Assembly: GCA_028534125.1 (NCBI GenBank)
Contig: CM052829.1
Span: 186,001 to 250,000, forward strand
Direction of reading: 5' to 3'
DNA length: 64,000 nucleotides
DNA from: Lama glama
Lineage: Eukaryota
Position numbers and translations under genes: made by a program. Positions 12,366-25,090 of this stretch are shown here, one piece after another; positions within the stretch are counted from its first letter, which is position 1; each line of letters opens with the position of its first letter. The notes beneath the pieces were generated by a model. That model was not told the DNA's origin, ran no database searches, and saw nothing but the letters and a program-made list of their open reading frames with translations.

Positions 12366-14149
12366 GAGCCCGGAAGACCAGCCTCACTGACACTGGGCCT
12401 GAGCCCAGGGAGACCCGTCTCAGATTCCACCCGTCAAAGCTGCAAGGTGACCAGTCTGTCCTGTTTTGAGTCACCAGGTTTGTGACCTTTTGTTACAGCA
12501 GCAAAAGGAAGCTGGCACCGGGGCTGGCTCCTCGGGAGGAACTGGAGACGGATGGAGAAGGGTGGGCAGGGCTGCACCTCTCCGGGCCTTGCCAGCAGCC
12601 AGTGTCCGAGGCTGGATCCTGAGAGCATGTCTCCTGTGCCTTACAGACCCTTGCTCTGGACAGCCCACAAAAGTGGGTGTTCTGGGAAGCTGGGAGCAGG
12701 TGGGGACGGGTGGTGAGGGCAGCTGGCTCTGCTTGAAGGCCCTTTGTCTCAGTGGCAGTTGGGTGCTGTCAAGTGTGTGCTCCAGAACCCAGAGATTTCT
12801 GCAGGGAAAATGCTCAGTTCTTTCCCAAATGCCACGAGAACTTCACGGATGGGAATGAGGAACAGTTGCCCGGAGCAGCTGCTCCTGACTCATGACGCCT
12901 CTTCTTTAAATGTGCTTCTCGGGGGGAACCAAAGGCTTTCACAAGCATTTTGCTCTGAAGTATTCAAAGAATGCTTCTTGCTTTTTCTTATTACAGCAAC
13001 AGTTCTAGCATCTACAAGCTGAATCATGAGCCCTGCAGCAGAACCAGAGGGCTGACAAGTTAGTGGGAGAAACTGAGTTGCAGCCCCTGCAGCTGCCGTG
13101 AGACGGCACCTTCCTGAGATGGTCATTGCCTCCTTTGCGAACCTGGGCTGAAACGACCCCAGAGATGTGCGGGCTCCCACGCAGGCGTGGGTGGGTGAGG
13201 CTACTCCCCTGATCCTGACTCGGAGGCCCTCGTGGACAGCCTGCCCTCACACCCCTGGCACTTCTGGTGGGGCCTGTCCTGGAGCGGGGCGGGCTGTGTC
13301 CCTCACACTGGCGGAGTCACCTCAGGCTGGGCCCTGTGCTCAGGAGTAGAGCAGACAGGATCCTGGTGCTCCCGGGGGGGCGTTTGTGGTCACAGGACAG
13401 ATGAGGGATGTCCTGTGTTCCCTGGACAAAAGGCGAAGCAAGTCGCAGTGTTTACTGAGTCGGGGTCTCTGTCACTGGCTAGGCTCTGCGCTCTAAGACT
13501 CTGAGTTGCCAAATATCAAGAATTTCTACTTGATTTTCATTCACGTTTTCTGCACCTCCTGAAAAGTGTGACTTCTGTCACTGAACCTACTTCTTTGGTT
13601 TGGTGACGGTAAACTCTCCTCCTGGCCCCGTGACCCTCTTCCAGGGCTGCCCTCCAGCGCTGCGCAGTAACAGGCTGCCCATCTGCCACATGCTCTAACC
13701 TGTGGGGAGAAAGCTCCCCGTTTAGTGCAGGGGGTTACACGTTTGAGATGAGAGCCTGACAGCCTCTGAGCACCAGGCCTCCGGCATCACATCCAGAGCA
13801 GGAACTGGGCTCCGTACTGTGTGAGTAACAGCCGCCAGACAAATCTGTGCCTGTGGATTAAAATCTCTGGGGTTCTTGATGTGGGAGAATGGGAGTCTAG
13901 TCTTTTGCCCTTTTTTGCTGTTGCTCAACTCAGAGTGAAATGGGAGACTGCAGTTAATTCAAGCACAAGCTCCTAGGCTGCTCCTAGGACATGTCACTCT
14001 TCTGTGGCCTCCTCGCTTGCTGCCTGCAACCCCCCAGGGCAGCCCCAGGGGTGTGTCGGAGGCGACCCGCCTCCGAATGCGGCCCTAGGACACTGGAGGT
14101 TTTGTAATCTCTCACCTTGGGTGCAGCTCCTCCCTAGAGCTGATTGGAA

Positions 14150-14503
14150 CTTTCTATGCTTCCCGGGTGCTGGGTGGGTTTAAACCACAGAGCTTTTTTT
14201 CCCGCAGTCCTGAGGCTATAGGTGGGGCTGATTCCTGCCGGGCTGGCCTCCCGCCTGGCTCTGGTGCGGGTGACGGTCCTTGACGTTCCTGGGCTTGGCG
14301 GCACCACCCCAGTCTCTGCTTCTGTCTTCTCAGCCCTTCCCTATGTCTCCTCCTCTTACTATAAGGACCCTTGTCAAGGATGCAGGGCAACCCGATGCTG
14401 GTGTGAGCACATCTCCAGTTCTGATTTACCTGCAAAGAGCCTATTTACACATAAGTTCCCATTCTTAGGTTCTGGGTTTGGAAGGACACCATTCAATCTA
14501 CCA
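14150..14503 (-). mobile_element. MaLR solo LTR (MLT1, MLT1C-like)
   Basis: ctgggtgggtttaaaccacagag...gttcctgggcttg...ccagtctctgcttctgtcttc...ctcttactataaggac...ctgcaaagagcctattt...ggacaccattcaa follows the antisense MLT1 consensus. Confidence 0.8.
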
Positions 14504-15894
14504 TGGATTCTGTCATTACGATCAATCAAATGGGGTTTTAAAAAGTCTGTTATGAATTCTCCCCGTCAGTATTTCCTGACAACCTACTTGTTCAGAGCAC
14601 ACAGGGAGTTCGAAGGACCTAGGAAAAAGCATTCCTGAAAAGACAAGACATAGAGCTGTGCGTGACCCCGGGAAAGCACCCCATGGCGGTCCATGTGAGC
14701 GCACACATGGCAGAACATTCTAGACTGGACACCAAGGGCTCACAGACACTGCAGGGATGACGGACGCTCCCCAGTTGTAAGGAGGTGGATATTATGCCAA
14801 CAAAAAACCAAGACTGAGCAGGCAGTATTAAGGGTCCTCATGCCGGGTCTGCCCAGGGACCTGCAGGGGGTGTGCGGGAGGCCGGGGCCAGGCGGGAGGC
14901 CGGGGCAGCCTCCAGCCCCTGGGGCCGCATCCAGGCGACAGGGAAGAAACCGCCTTTCTCCTGGTCTAGGAAAGTCCATTCCACAGTTTTCACCACCCTC
15001 CTGACAAATAGGGTTTAAATCCCTGGAGACAAACAGAAAGTGTGCTGGTGGCAAATAACTCGAGCTGACGTTCCTGCCAGCTGTTGAGGGACACGTGCAA
15101 AAAAAGCCAGCGGCGTCTGGTCGGCATCGATATTGTGACAGAAGCAGTTTTTCCTGGGGGTGTTCTCTAAGAAGCCACGTCTTGGTCCCCAGTCTCCTCA
15201 GCCCCAGCCCTCAACCTTTGACCTCTTTGAAAAACAAAGAAGAAAGTCATCATATTGACCAAAGCCCCTGAGCCCAATCTGAGCACGCAGCTGGGCAGCA
15301 CGTCAGCGTGAACCAGGCCCAGCCCTGCCCGGAGCCCACGACGGGGCTCTGCTGGGCCTGAGGGTGCAGGCAGGCAGGCAGGCAAGTCCCCCTCTGTGCC
15401 CCCGCGTCTCAGCCCCGCTCCGGACGGCCGCTCCCTCCTCCTCCTCCCTCCTAACCACTCACTGGCCGAAGGACTTAGGGTTCCATTTTTTAAGAAGTAA
15501 GTAGTGCCCAGGAGCTGGACTGTTAAAAATGTTTTCTTTCTCTTCTGAAACTGTCAAGTCTTCTTTGCCTCATTTTCCCAAGGATACTAACAAAACGGGC
15601 CGGTCGTGAAAAGGAAGTTTAGGAGAATGTAGTGATTCTTGACTAGTGAGACCCCTCCCCTGACGGGCTGGGGCCGCTGGGCTCTCCCCCCGCAGGCCCG
15701 GTGTGGGTTCTGCTCGTTGCGGGTTTTGTCCAGAAGAAGTCCCGCCGCAGACGGCGCCCGGGCCTCTCAGAACTGCCTGGGATGCAGCCGTGGGTTGTGG
15801 GCAGCTTTGGGCATGGGCCCGGCCCGCCTCCAGCTGTGACCAGAGAATAGCCCCCCAACACAAGGATGGGGTCCCCTGGAAGGGGGACCACCCA

Positions 15895-15935
15895 CTAAAC
15901 CTCTCATTTCACAGATGGGGAAACTGAGGCCAACC
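15895..15935. mobile_element. MIR core fragment
   Basis: ctcatttcacagatggggaaactgaggc, near-exact MIR core. Confidence 0.75.
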
Positions 15936-18900
15936 CCTGCTGTTCCTGACGTTCTGAGTTCCTTCTGTTAACCCTCTGGTCCCCAGAGCATCCCCACAGG
16001 GCGAACCCCATGTTGGCAGAGTCAGGGACACCTGCACCTCCCCCCAGCAGGTCTCCCCACAGGCATACACACAGCCATCTTGGTAGACAGTGCGAGCCTT
16101 GGAATGGAAACGTGTGAAAAAATGTTGTTTCCTGGGGTCGGCACAGGACAGGAAGAGAGCTGGCAGTTACTTCAACAGCCGAGTTCAGAGAAACAAAATC
16201 TCTGCACAGAGCAAGTTTCAAGGTCCTGTTCTAAGGGCAGGGGGTGGGGGTGAATAGTCACCAAAACGCCAACACTGTCCCCCTTGGAGCTCAGATGGCC
16301 CAGCACCAGTGTGGCCACCAGCCTGTGGTCGCTTGGAAACGGAAACAGCTAGTCCGTCGTTTCGCTGGTTCTGATGGTGGGGGCCTGGCTACAAGCCACG
16401 CCGGGGCTGGGCTCCCCTTCCTCCACACCCGACCTCCAGCTTTTCCTGAATGAAGGCTCCCTTCCTCTCCTGACAGTGCTGGGCCCCCAGAAACGTCCCG
16501 ACTGAGCTCGGGGAGAAAAAGGGCCTTCGTGTGTGTGAGGATGGATGTTCCACAACTTGGCTGAGACCCCTGGGAAAATCCCAACCTCTCGTAGTTCAGC
16601 GCAGAGGGGAGAACAGCCATGGGTGTCAGCGCAGACGCACCCGGGGCCCACGTGGGCAGTGACCGCCTCAGGGTGCGAGGCAGACGAGGGCTGTGCTGGG
16701 CTCCAGCCCAGGCTTCATAGCTGTGCACCCAGGAATTGCTCTCCTTGTGTCCAGTGGACGATAAGAAGCTGGAGTAAAAGCCCCCATGGTGGAGGGTGGG
16801 CTAGTGCCCGCCTGAGCTGACGGGGCTGCACTGAGCCGTGCTGGGGCCGCGGCGTGGCCGACACCCCTGTCACAGGGATCGCTGGGGAGCTTGGATGCTG
16901 CAGCTTTCAGAGTCGTGCCGCACTGTTGGCTTGGAGCTTCTCTGAAGGTGGGGTTTTCTGCTGACAGGACTGAAGCGGCAGACAGGAAGGCCCTTGGGAG
17001 ATGGTGGGGGGCCAGGTCTCAGCGGTGAGACTGAGGAATTTCTTCTTTTTACGAAAATGCGTGGGTCAGACTCTCACCCCTCCACCTCCTGGTCCTTTGA
17101 GCACTGCCACGTGCAGGTCTGGACTCTGCCCACATCCTCTTCCTTGAGAAGACGACTTGCATCTTGGATTCTTCAAGTGTGGTTGTAGGGTTCATGGGGA
17201 GATTTGCTCAGGCTGGAGTTTCTAAGCCACAGCTCTCATCTCAGCGAGGGGACTGCAAGTTCTCAAAATCTTTTGCTTAGGAGAGAAACGTGTGGCACTG
17301 TCTTCACACGGCCCTCTGGGTGGTCTGTCCTCTTCCCCAGTCCTGCCCAGTCTCCAGCAGAGACAATGGACTTATTCCTGCTTGTGGAATCTTGCTCATT
17401 GCAGCCTTAGAGCTTCCGGGACAAGCTGCCGGCTGGGCACCCACCTGTTGGTTCCACGGGGGTCTTTCTGTGGGACTGAGGGAGGTCGTATCCCTGGGAC
17501 CTGACTGTCCAGCGGCTGTGCGATGATGCCTGTTGCGATGGCCACAGTCACAGCTTCATCTTACTTTACATTTTATGAATCACTAATGCATATTTTATCT
17601 CATTAGTCTCAGTAAAACCAGGGCCTTCAAATTCAGAAAGAGCCCCGTGGAGGAGGTAGAGGAATGTAAGCATGAAGATACACTTCTGAGGACATTTGAG
17701 TTAGTGAATTTTCAGAAGAAGGTACAGAAGAAGTTTTTGCATATTTTATGCTCGCAACTGTCACTGTGAAAAGAACTGCTGTCTCACAGAGTGATACAGA
17801 TTTGAGAAAACGGTTATTGTTAAGATAAACACAGCTATGAATTATACATCCAATATGACAGCCTGGTGGACCACTTGGGCAGTTTTCCAACAAGGTATTT
17901 CACACTCAAAACTTTAAGTTTAAAACAGGTCAAATGGATCAATTTTATAATGGCTTTCACTAGGCGTTACACAGAGGGAGCTCCCGGAGGCCCTGGGGCT
18001 GCACCTGGGGGCTGCACACGCAGCACGCCGGTCCCTGCGCTCCGTCAGGCGATCACAGACACCAGGTGCTGGTGCGGTTCCCCCACGAGCCTGCACGGCT
18101 TTGGCTTGGAGCCATCTCTGAACTCGGCCGAGAGAGAAAGCCCAAGCTCTCTTTGGTTGTGAAAAGTCGTTCCAGTGGGAAATTGCAAAGTGATAGATGC
18201 ACATCACAGAAAGCCTGGAAAACAAAACCCAGCTCTCGCTCTCTCGTCCTGGCCACTTGCTGTGTTTTCTTGCTTGTCTTTCCTGGTGCACTTTATGCGA
18301 AGTTGAGGCCACACCCTGCCAACAATTTTGCAGCCTGCTGTTCTGCTCGACATTGTATTATAAGGAATTCCTATGTTACTGCTAGTCTTTAACATCATCA
18401 CTTTAAAGGCTGCTCCATCAAACGTTTACTTGGATCAGAAACTTCGCTCCTGTGAGGACACCGGCCGAAAGCCCCCTGCGCTGCCTCACTAATCAGTGGG
18501 ACGGAGCCTGAGCACAATTTTGCTCTTGACACTCACGCCGAACGTCGAATCTCTTCCCCCAAACCAATCTCCGTGCCCACAGCTCCCCGCACACGTTCTG
18601 CAGCGTAATAGGCGAGCAGTTATTCTAATTATGCTGTTTGATCATGGGCAAGCTGGGTTGTTTGCTCATTGAGTTTTAACTTCCTTTCACCTTTATTGAG
18701 TAGAATATTAATGGATTTCCCATCAGTTTGGTTGGTCTTGATGTGTAAGGAGCGACCCGTATTTCAGTGTTGCTCTGGCTCCCCGGATGTGGGGTCACCA
18801 AAACTTACCATGGACAGAGGCCGTCTCCACCTTCTCATCACCAGGCCTATGACTCCTTTCCCTGTACAGCCCATGTTCATTTTTACTTCGATGTTTTACC

Positions 18901-21900
18901 ACTTTGTTGATCAAAGGTGTGTTCAACTGCCAAAGAGAGCAGCAGTCTGATTTGATATAATTTCACCAGCAGCAGAGACCCTGTTTCTCCAATCTGTGGG
19001 GGTTGGGCCATAGTTTGGGGTTCCCAGGACAACGTCCTACCTCTTAGATGTCCACTCAGGCCGCCCGAAGCGCGCCATCCTCTCCAGAGTTCCCTGCGGG
19101 CACAGGCAGAAGTCCTGCCAGCATGTCTGTTCCTGAGGTGGGGGCAGGGAGAAGGCGATGTCTGAGCTTCCACCCTGCCCCCCGGGGCCTCGGAGCCAAG
19201 AGGTGGGTGAGCCTCTGGCGCCCAGAGTTCATGCACTTTCACAAAGTCACGTTAGCACTCGGAGCTTTGGGGAACTCCGCGTGGGGGTGGAGCCTGTCCG
19301 CCCAGCACCATCTGGGACATCAATACCTGTACCTGAAACTCCACAGGAGACAACTGGTCCTAGGCCCTCAGCCAAGCATGGGCTTTGCGAGGTTCAGACA
19401 AGTTGCGAGAGTTTATTTTCCTCTTGGCGCTTTTTCTGCCATTAGAAGATTTCTAACAGTAGCTGTGTGTCAGAAAGAACCATAAATGCTTTAAACATGT
19501 TTACAAAGGAAGCAATTTTCTTATGAAGGTGATGATGGCTTCAGGGCCAGGATGGAAGAGGGCGCTTTTCCCCTAGGATTTTCCTGCCTTTTCAGGATTG
19601 GCTGGCCAACCACACCCATCTGATGAGATGGGGGGGATCACGAATCGCTTCCCTCCATGACCAGCTCTGCACTGGAGCACGAGGTGAGCCCCGAGCCCCT
19701 GGTTTGTGATTTTCACGCAGGACCTGGCCCTCGGTGGTGCGAGTGCCTCATCCCTTAGGTCCTGGGCCCAGGCCCAGGAGAACCACACTTTCGACGACAG
19801 AAGCAGCAGAGGGCCAGGCTGCGCGTGTGTCCTCGGCCTGCCCGGAGCAGGAGCCTAGAGCCAAGACGCCTGCTCTGGGCAAGGCTCCACCTCGTTCAGA
19901 TGGCTCGACTCTCTGAACGGCAGGTCTCCATTTGAAGACCGGGAGGAGGCCTTCCTTGGGAGCTGCTGCGAGGTGAGAAGAAGCAGACACACATAAGTGT
20001 GCTTCGTAGACGCTCTTAGTATTAATTCCCAGCAGTTTCATTCCTTCCGTTCAGAACAAAGAGCTCTCTGCTGAGTCAAATCTTACTCAAGTCTCGAGGC
20101 TCAGACCAAATCCCAGAGGGTAAACTGAGCGGCTGCTTGGTTCTTCCCGGGAGTCGGCGGCTGCCGTGCCAGACCTTGAGCTGCTGCGTGAGTCTGCGTC
20201 GCACTGGACGGGGGGGTGACCCCTCCAGGGCAGAGAGCTGCGCCCCACCGTCTGGAGCATTCTGTGGGGTTTGGCACGGAGCTGGCCTTCCCTGGTGGCG
20301 GCTGCGGCGGTGCTGCCCGTTGGTGCCAGGCGCTGAGGAGGTGGAGCCGTCCCCCGCCCCACCTACAGTCCCGGGGCTGGAGAAGGGAAGACCCAGGTGT
20401 TCCGAGCACTTGTGTGCTGAGTCTGAAGCCTTTGTGTGGCGGCAATGAACCAAAAAAAGAAATTCTATTTTAATTTGGTCACTTATTGTCACGAGGTTTT
20501 ATTTTTGCCATGTTGTGGTGAACCAGACCCCTGGTGTGTGCTTGCCGGGCCACTGAGGCCCCCCCGTGCCCCGGGCCCAAGACGGACGGGAGCAGCTGGT
20601 TGCATGGGTCCCCGACCTCATTTCCAGTTGGACGACAGCCCCGCAGACAAGCCCGACGTCCTCTATTGTTTGCAGCTAGCCCGGCTGGACTTCAGAGGTG
20701 GCGTTAAGGAAAAGACTATGGCACCGGTGAGGGGCTGGGCTGGGGGCTGCCCTGCACACATCTTTACATGAAGAGAAGTAATGGGAGGACAGGAGTCAGA
20801 AATGAAGGGAGGAGCCGTGACTCTTAAACTACTTCTAGCCTTTCCCTTCCCCGAAGCCAGTGTCCCTGGGCTGGCCGAGCCCTTGGGTGCCAGGACTTCA
20901 GTGAACGGGGCTAGCAGGTCTAGAACGTGTCAGATTTCACCATCGTAGCTCCGTTGTATCTTTCTCCCAGCATGTCTAAAGCAGGCAGAAGGCGACCTCA
21001 GGTTGACCTGCACTGTACTTGGGTGACAATGGCAGGTGACAGGTGGTCTTGGAGACCAGTGGTGTGAGCCAGCGGAGGCCATGCTGCGGGGAGCCCAGTG
21101 TCCGCCTGCTCCCTCCTGCCCTGTGTGGGCCCGTGTCTCGGGCAGGCTCCCGCCGGCGAGGGCCCTCCATCCCTGGGCCCGGCTCTCGCGGCCCCAGGCA
21201 CTGTCCCACTTGACCGGCTGGAAGCGCGGCTCTCTGTCCCTCTGGCAGCCTGGGAACTGCTTGTCTGGCCACAGACTTTCAGCTGATTAAATTCGGTCCC
21301 ACAGAAGGGACCCTATTTGACTTTGTGTTTTCCACTCTGGGTTAGTCTCTCCTCCCCCGTGGCTCAGCTGGTGAGAAATCCCCCGCCCCTGGGGCGGCAG
21401 CAAATCTTCGTTATCTTCCAGACCTGTGCCGCCTGCCCCCACCTCACATCTGCACAGGGACAAGCACCAGACACATGGTCAGCGAGAGGGTCTGAGAGCA
21501 GACAAGCAAGACGTGGTGGGGACAGAGTCGCAGCCTCAGCCAGAGGCAGCGCGGGAGAGGCCGCCACCCAGATCCAGCCAGATGCGGCTAGTCGTCGTGT
21601 GGGAGTCAAGAGGGGGAAGGGCCTCCCGATGCAGCGGTGCAGGGTCAGGAAGCCATGACCCTTCCTCTAATCGTTCCAGAGAAGGCGTCCAGAATAGGAC
21701 AGTGAGAGTGGAGGGTGGACGGTAACTCAGAGCAGCTTCCTGAGGTTGCAATTGCCCCGCAGCCATCCCTGTGGACACAAGGGCGGGCCTGGCTGATTTC
21801 TGGTCCTCGGGTCCTGGTGGAGCTGTTTGCTAGGGAAATCAGGACCAGCCCTGACCAGCAAGGCCCCGTGAGTGCGCTGGGCGGCACCGGCGTCCTCGCC

Positions 21901-22373
21901 AGACCCACGTGCCGTGACCCAAGCGTCCTGCTCATTCCTGCTGACGTGTGGAAGTGAGGGCGCCACCCCGGGCACGGAGCACCTTTGGTCCCGCGTGTGG
22001 TTCCGTGTGCCCCGTGCACCCTGTGATCTCAGGACGATGAGGAGCAGGGCTGGCCCGATCCCTCCTGAAGTGCTTCCTCAAGTCCAGCAGCAACTCCTCC
22101 TCCTTGGAAAGTGCAGCGGGATGTCGCGGTAAGGGGGCCTTTCAGTGGGCCCCCGGGGCCCTCACTCCCAGGTCTTCAGTCCAGATTAGACAATCCATCT
22201 TTGTGCGTGAGCTGCGCCATTCTCCGTAAACTGTGTGGTTCAATGCTTGCTGAAGGTGAATGAACTGCAGTATCTCAGGGGCCTGGGGCCCTGGTGAGAC
22301 CATTACACTCACCCCACCTGTAGGCAGGGCCCCACCAGACCCCACAGAATCTATTTGTAAAGGCCTTACAGGG

Positions 22374-22553
22374 CAGGGCTGTCAGATAAAAACAGGGTGC
22401 TCAGTTAAACTCGAATATCAGATAAACCTCAACTAAGTTTTTACCCAAATATTGCACGGGACAAACTTATGCTAAAAAAAACCATTGTTTATCTTAAATT
22501 CAAATTTAATGGTAAGTCCTGTGTTTTTATTTGGGAAACCTGACCACAAGCCT
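22374..22553. mobile_element. MER53 palindromic hAT-type MITE
   Basis: cagggctgtcagataaaaacagg..cagttaaactcgaatatcagataaac ... cccaaatattgcacgggacaaacttatgctaaaaaa ... gtttatcttaaattcaaatttaa..gtcctgtgtttttattt; long internal inverted symmetry. Confidence 0.88.
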
Positions 22554-23265
22554 GAGGCCTTTCTGAAGCTCCGGTTCGGTAGCAGGAGGCCCAGAAGACG
22601 GAGCTGGCGCTGACGCGGGCGGCAGATGACGTTAGCGTCGGGCGCAGCTTGGCAGGGCGGAGGGGCTGATTTATAGCAACACAAGGTGAGATATTTTCGG
22701 CATCTGCCACGGACAGGGCTTAACTGGAGCCTCAGAAGTTACTTCTCCTGAAGCAGCTGGTCTATTTCTAGGCAGCGACCTCCCTGCTTCTTGGGCCTGT
22801 CTGTTACTTTGACAGGGCGCTCGGCGGACCACGAGGGCCAGCGGTGGTCAGAACTCACTTCTGGCAGCTAACTGAAAGGCTCAGAGAGGCGTCAGCTGTG
22901 CGGGAGCCCTGAGTTCCAGCCGGGCTCGCTCACCCGAGTGCAGTCGTTAGATGCCCCTCCCCAGGACCTGGCAGCCCCGCTCCGCAGCTCCCACCAAGAC
23001 TGTTCTAGGCTTCTGGAGGGCCCAGCAATAGTGGAGACAGCGAGATGTGATCACAGCGATGAGCGCCGGCGGCGCTACACTCACTGCGCGAAGCATTTAA
23101 ATACGTCAGTGTCCCCGCCACACGGCAGACTCGCGGGGTAGGCGGCAGTTCACGGGTGAGCAAACGCAGCTCAAGAATGTTCTCAGGACGCACGGCTGGA
23201 CCCTGGCAGCAGCTGTGCCATGTGGGGTCCAGGATGTCAACCCCATCGTGGAAAATGAGGGAAGT

Positions 23266-23460
23266 CAGAGAGACAGAGACAGAGAGATAGAGGGAGACAG
23301 AAAGAGACAGAGAGAGAGACAGAGACAGAGAGACAGTGACAGAGATACCGGGAGAGACCGACAGAGAGACCCAGAGAGACAGAGACAGAGGGACAGAGAC
23401 AGAGAAGTAGAGGAAGACAGAGAGGCAGACAGACAGAGAGAGACTGGAGAACCAGAGACA
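23266..23460. repeat. Degenerate (GAGACA)n / GA-rich simple repeat
   Basis: Directly visible. Confidence 0.95.
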
Positions 23461-24824
23461 TGGCCCCGCCCAGAACTCCGCGTGCCCACAGCCATTGCCC
23501 CTTGGATATCCTGGGCCTCGGGTCAGCCCCACCTTCAGCTGTGAGGACCCAGCATTTGGAGAGCCCTGCCCACCAAACTCTAAGCAGGTGAAGAGCCCCC
23601 TGGGGAAGGGCTGGGCAGCCCCCACCTCTGTGGCTGCTTCCCTGGATGGGGGTCCCTCCCAGGCCCTCGGCTACAGCCCCTGGGCCCACTGCCTCCAAGG
23701 CTCCATGGGGTGCAGCCTTCCCCTGCCTTGTCTTTGCAACACACTCCCCGAGGGGCTTTGAGGCCCAGCTGCCAGCAAGCCGCTGGGAGCTTGGGGCCCT
23801 CGTGGGTCTGTCCTGGGTGATGGGGTGACTCACAGCAGCTCACACCCAAGCCCGCCTGCCTCCCACGAGCTCTGCCAGGTCCCTCCAACATCGTGCAAGG
23901 GGCGCACCCGGCCGTGGAGCTGCCCCCCTGTGAGACACGGGCCTGTTTTGACTTAACGTTATGTTTTGCGTTTGCTCGCGTGTTCCCCGCAATGCTGGCA
24001 GATGGCAGGGGTTTAGTAGACGCTGGTGGACTGACTTCCTCCGCGGGAGAGGCACAGTAGGTGGCCACGGCCAGGCTGTGCACACAGTTTCACAGTGGAA
24101 CCCTGTTGCCGTCATGGTGCACTTAGACAGTCTTCCGATGGAGTCGCGAGGGTGCTTTCACCCTTGTGGGAAGAGGCACGTCTCCCAAAGGTGCCTGTGG
24201 TGCCGGGGGAGGGCAGGTCCTCCGGTGGATGCCTGGCGGTCGTGGAGGTTGGCGAGGGATACACCGCACGGAGCTGTGCACAGACTGCGGGCCTCCTCCT
24301 CCTCTGAGCCTCTTCTGAGCACCTGGGGGACTCCCTTCTCTGCTGCACACCTTCCCCTCCAGTGTCTGGGCCTCTAGGTGAGGGGCTCATCTGCTCTTAT
24401 GTGCACAAAGTGTCCATTTCAAAGAGTGAGTTTAGCCTAATCTCAGTATTTCTGTTCAGTTGGAGGAAGGCTGTGATAAATTAGTAAAAAGCTAAAAAGA
24501 TCGATGTAAATTTTTTTTAAAATGTAGTTTACTATTTTAGGTATATTAGAACCAAGTAAGAAATTTTCAGAAAATTAATGTGGTTTCAAAGGTTTGTACT
24601 TTGAGAAACAGTAGGTGATATTTAGAATATTTCTTAGAAGCATCAGTGCTTCCGCAGCCGATTTGCATGGAACTGCTTTGTTTTTCCATGGAAAAATCCA
24701 AGTAAAAGTCAACCCACCATGCTGGGAGGGTCATCTTCAGTCAGATTCTTCAGTGCCTTCATCAACTGCAGGATGAAACCACGCTCCCCTGTCCTGTCCC
24801 TTCCTCTCACTCTACCTGTAGTGA

Positions 24825-25090
24825 CACCGAACACAATGTGCTCCTCATGGAAAACTCCTATTCATCCTTCAAGTCCCAGCTCACAATGCCCCCTCTAGGA
24901 AGGCACTCCTCCAGTGTGGCCAGCACTGTGGGACATCAGAGCATCTGACACTCCCATAGCTGACTTTGATTGTGTGTCTGTCTTCCCTCCAGTCTGCAAA
25001 CTTCTGCGGGGCTGACGTGTCTTTTCATCTCTTTCCTCCGTTCCTTGTCCGTTTCTGGAACGCATTAGGTGATGACTGAATGTGAAGGTG
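24825..25090 (+). mobile_element. LINE-2 3' end remnant
   Basis: actcctattcatccttcaagtcccagctcacaatgccccctctaggaagg...tgtctgtcttccctccagtctgcaaactt...tgtcttttcatctct...tgaatg. Confidence 0.75.

Noticed and set aside
23005-23625. Ser/Leu-rich and Arg/Asp/Glu-rich ORFs
   Set aside because: Translations of the (GAGACA)n repeat.
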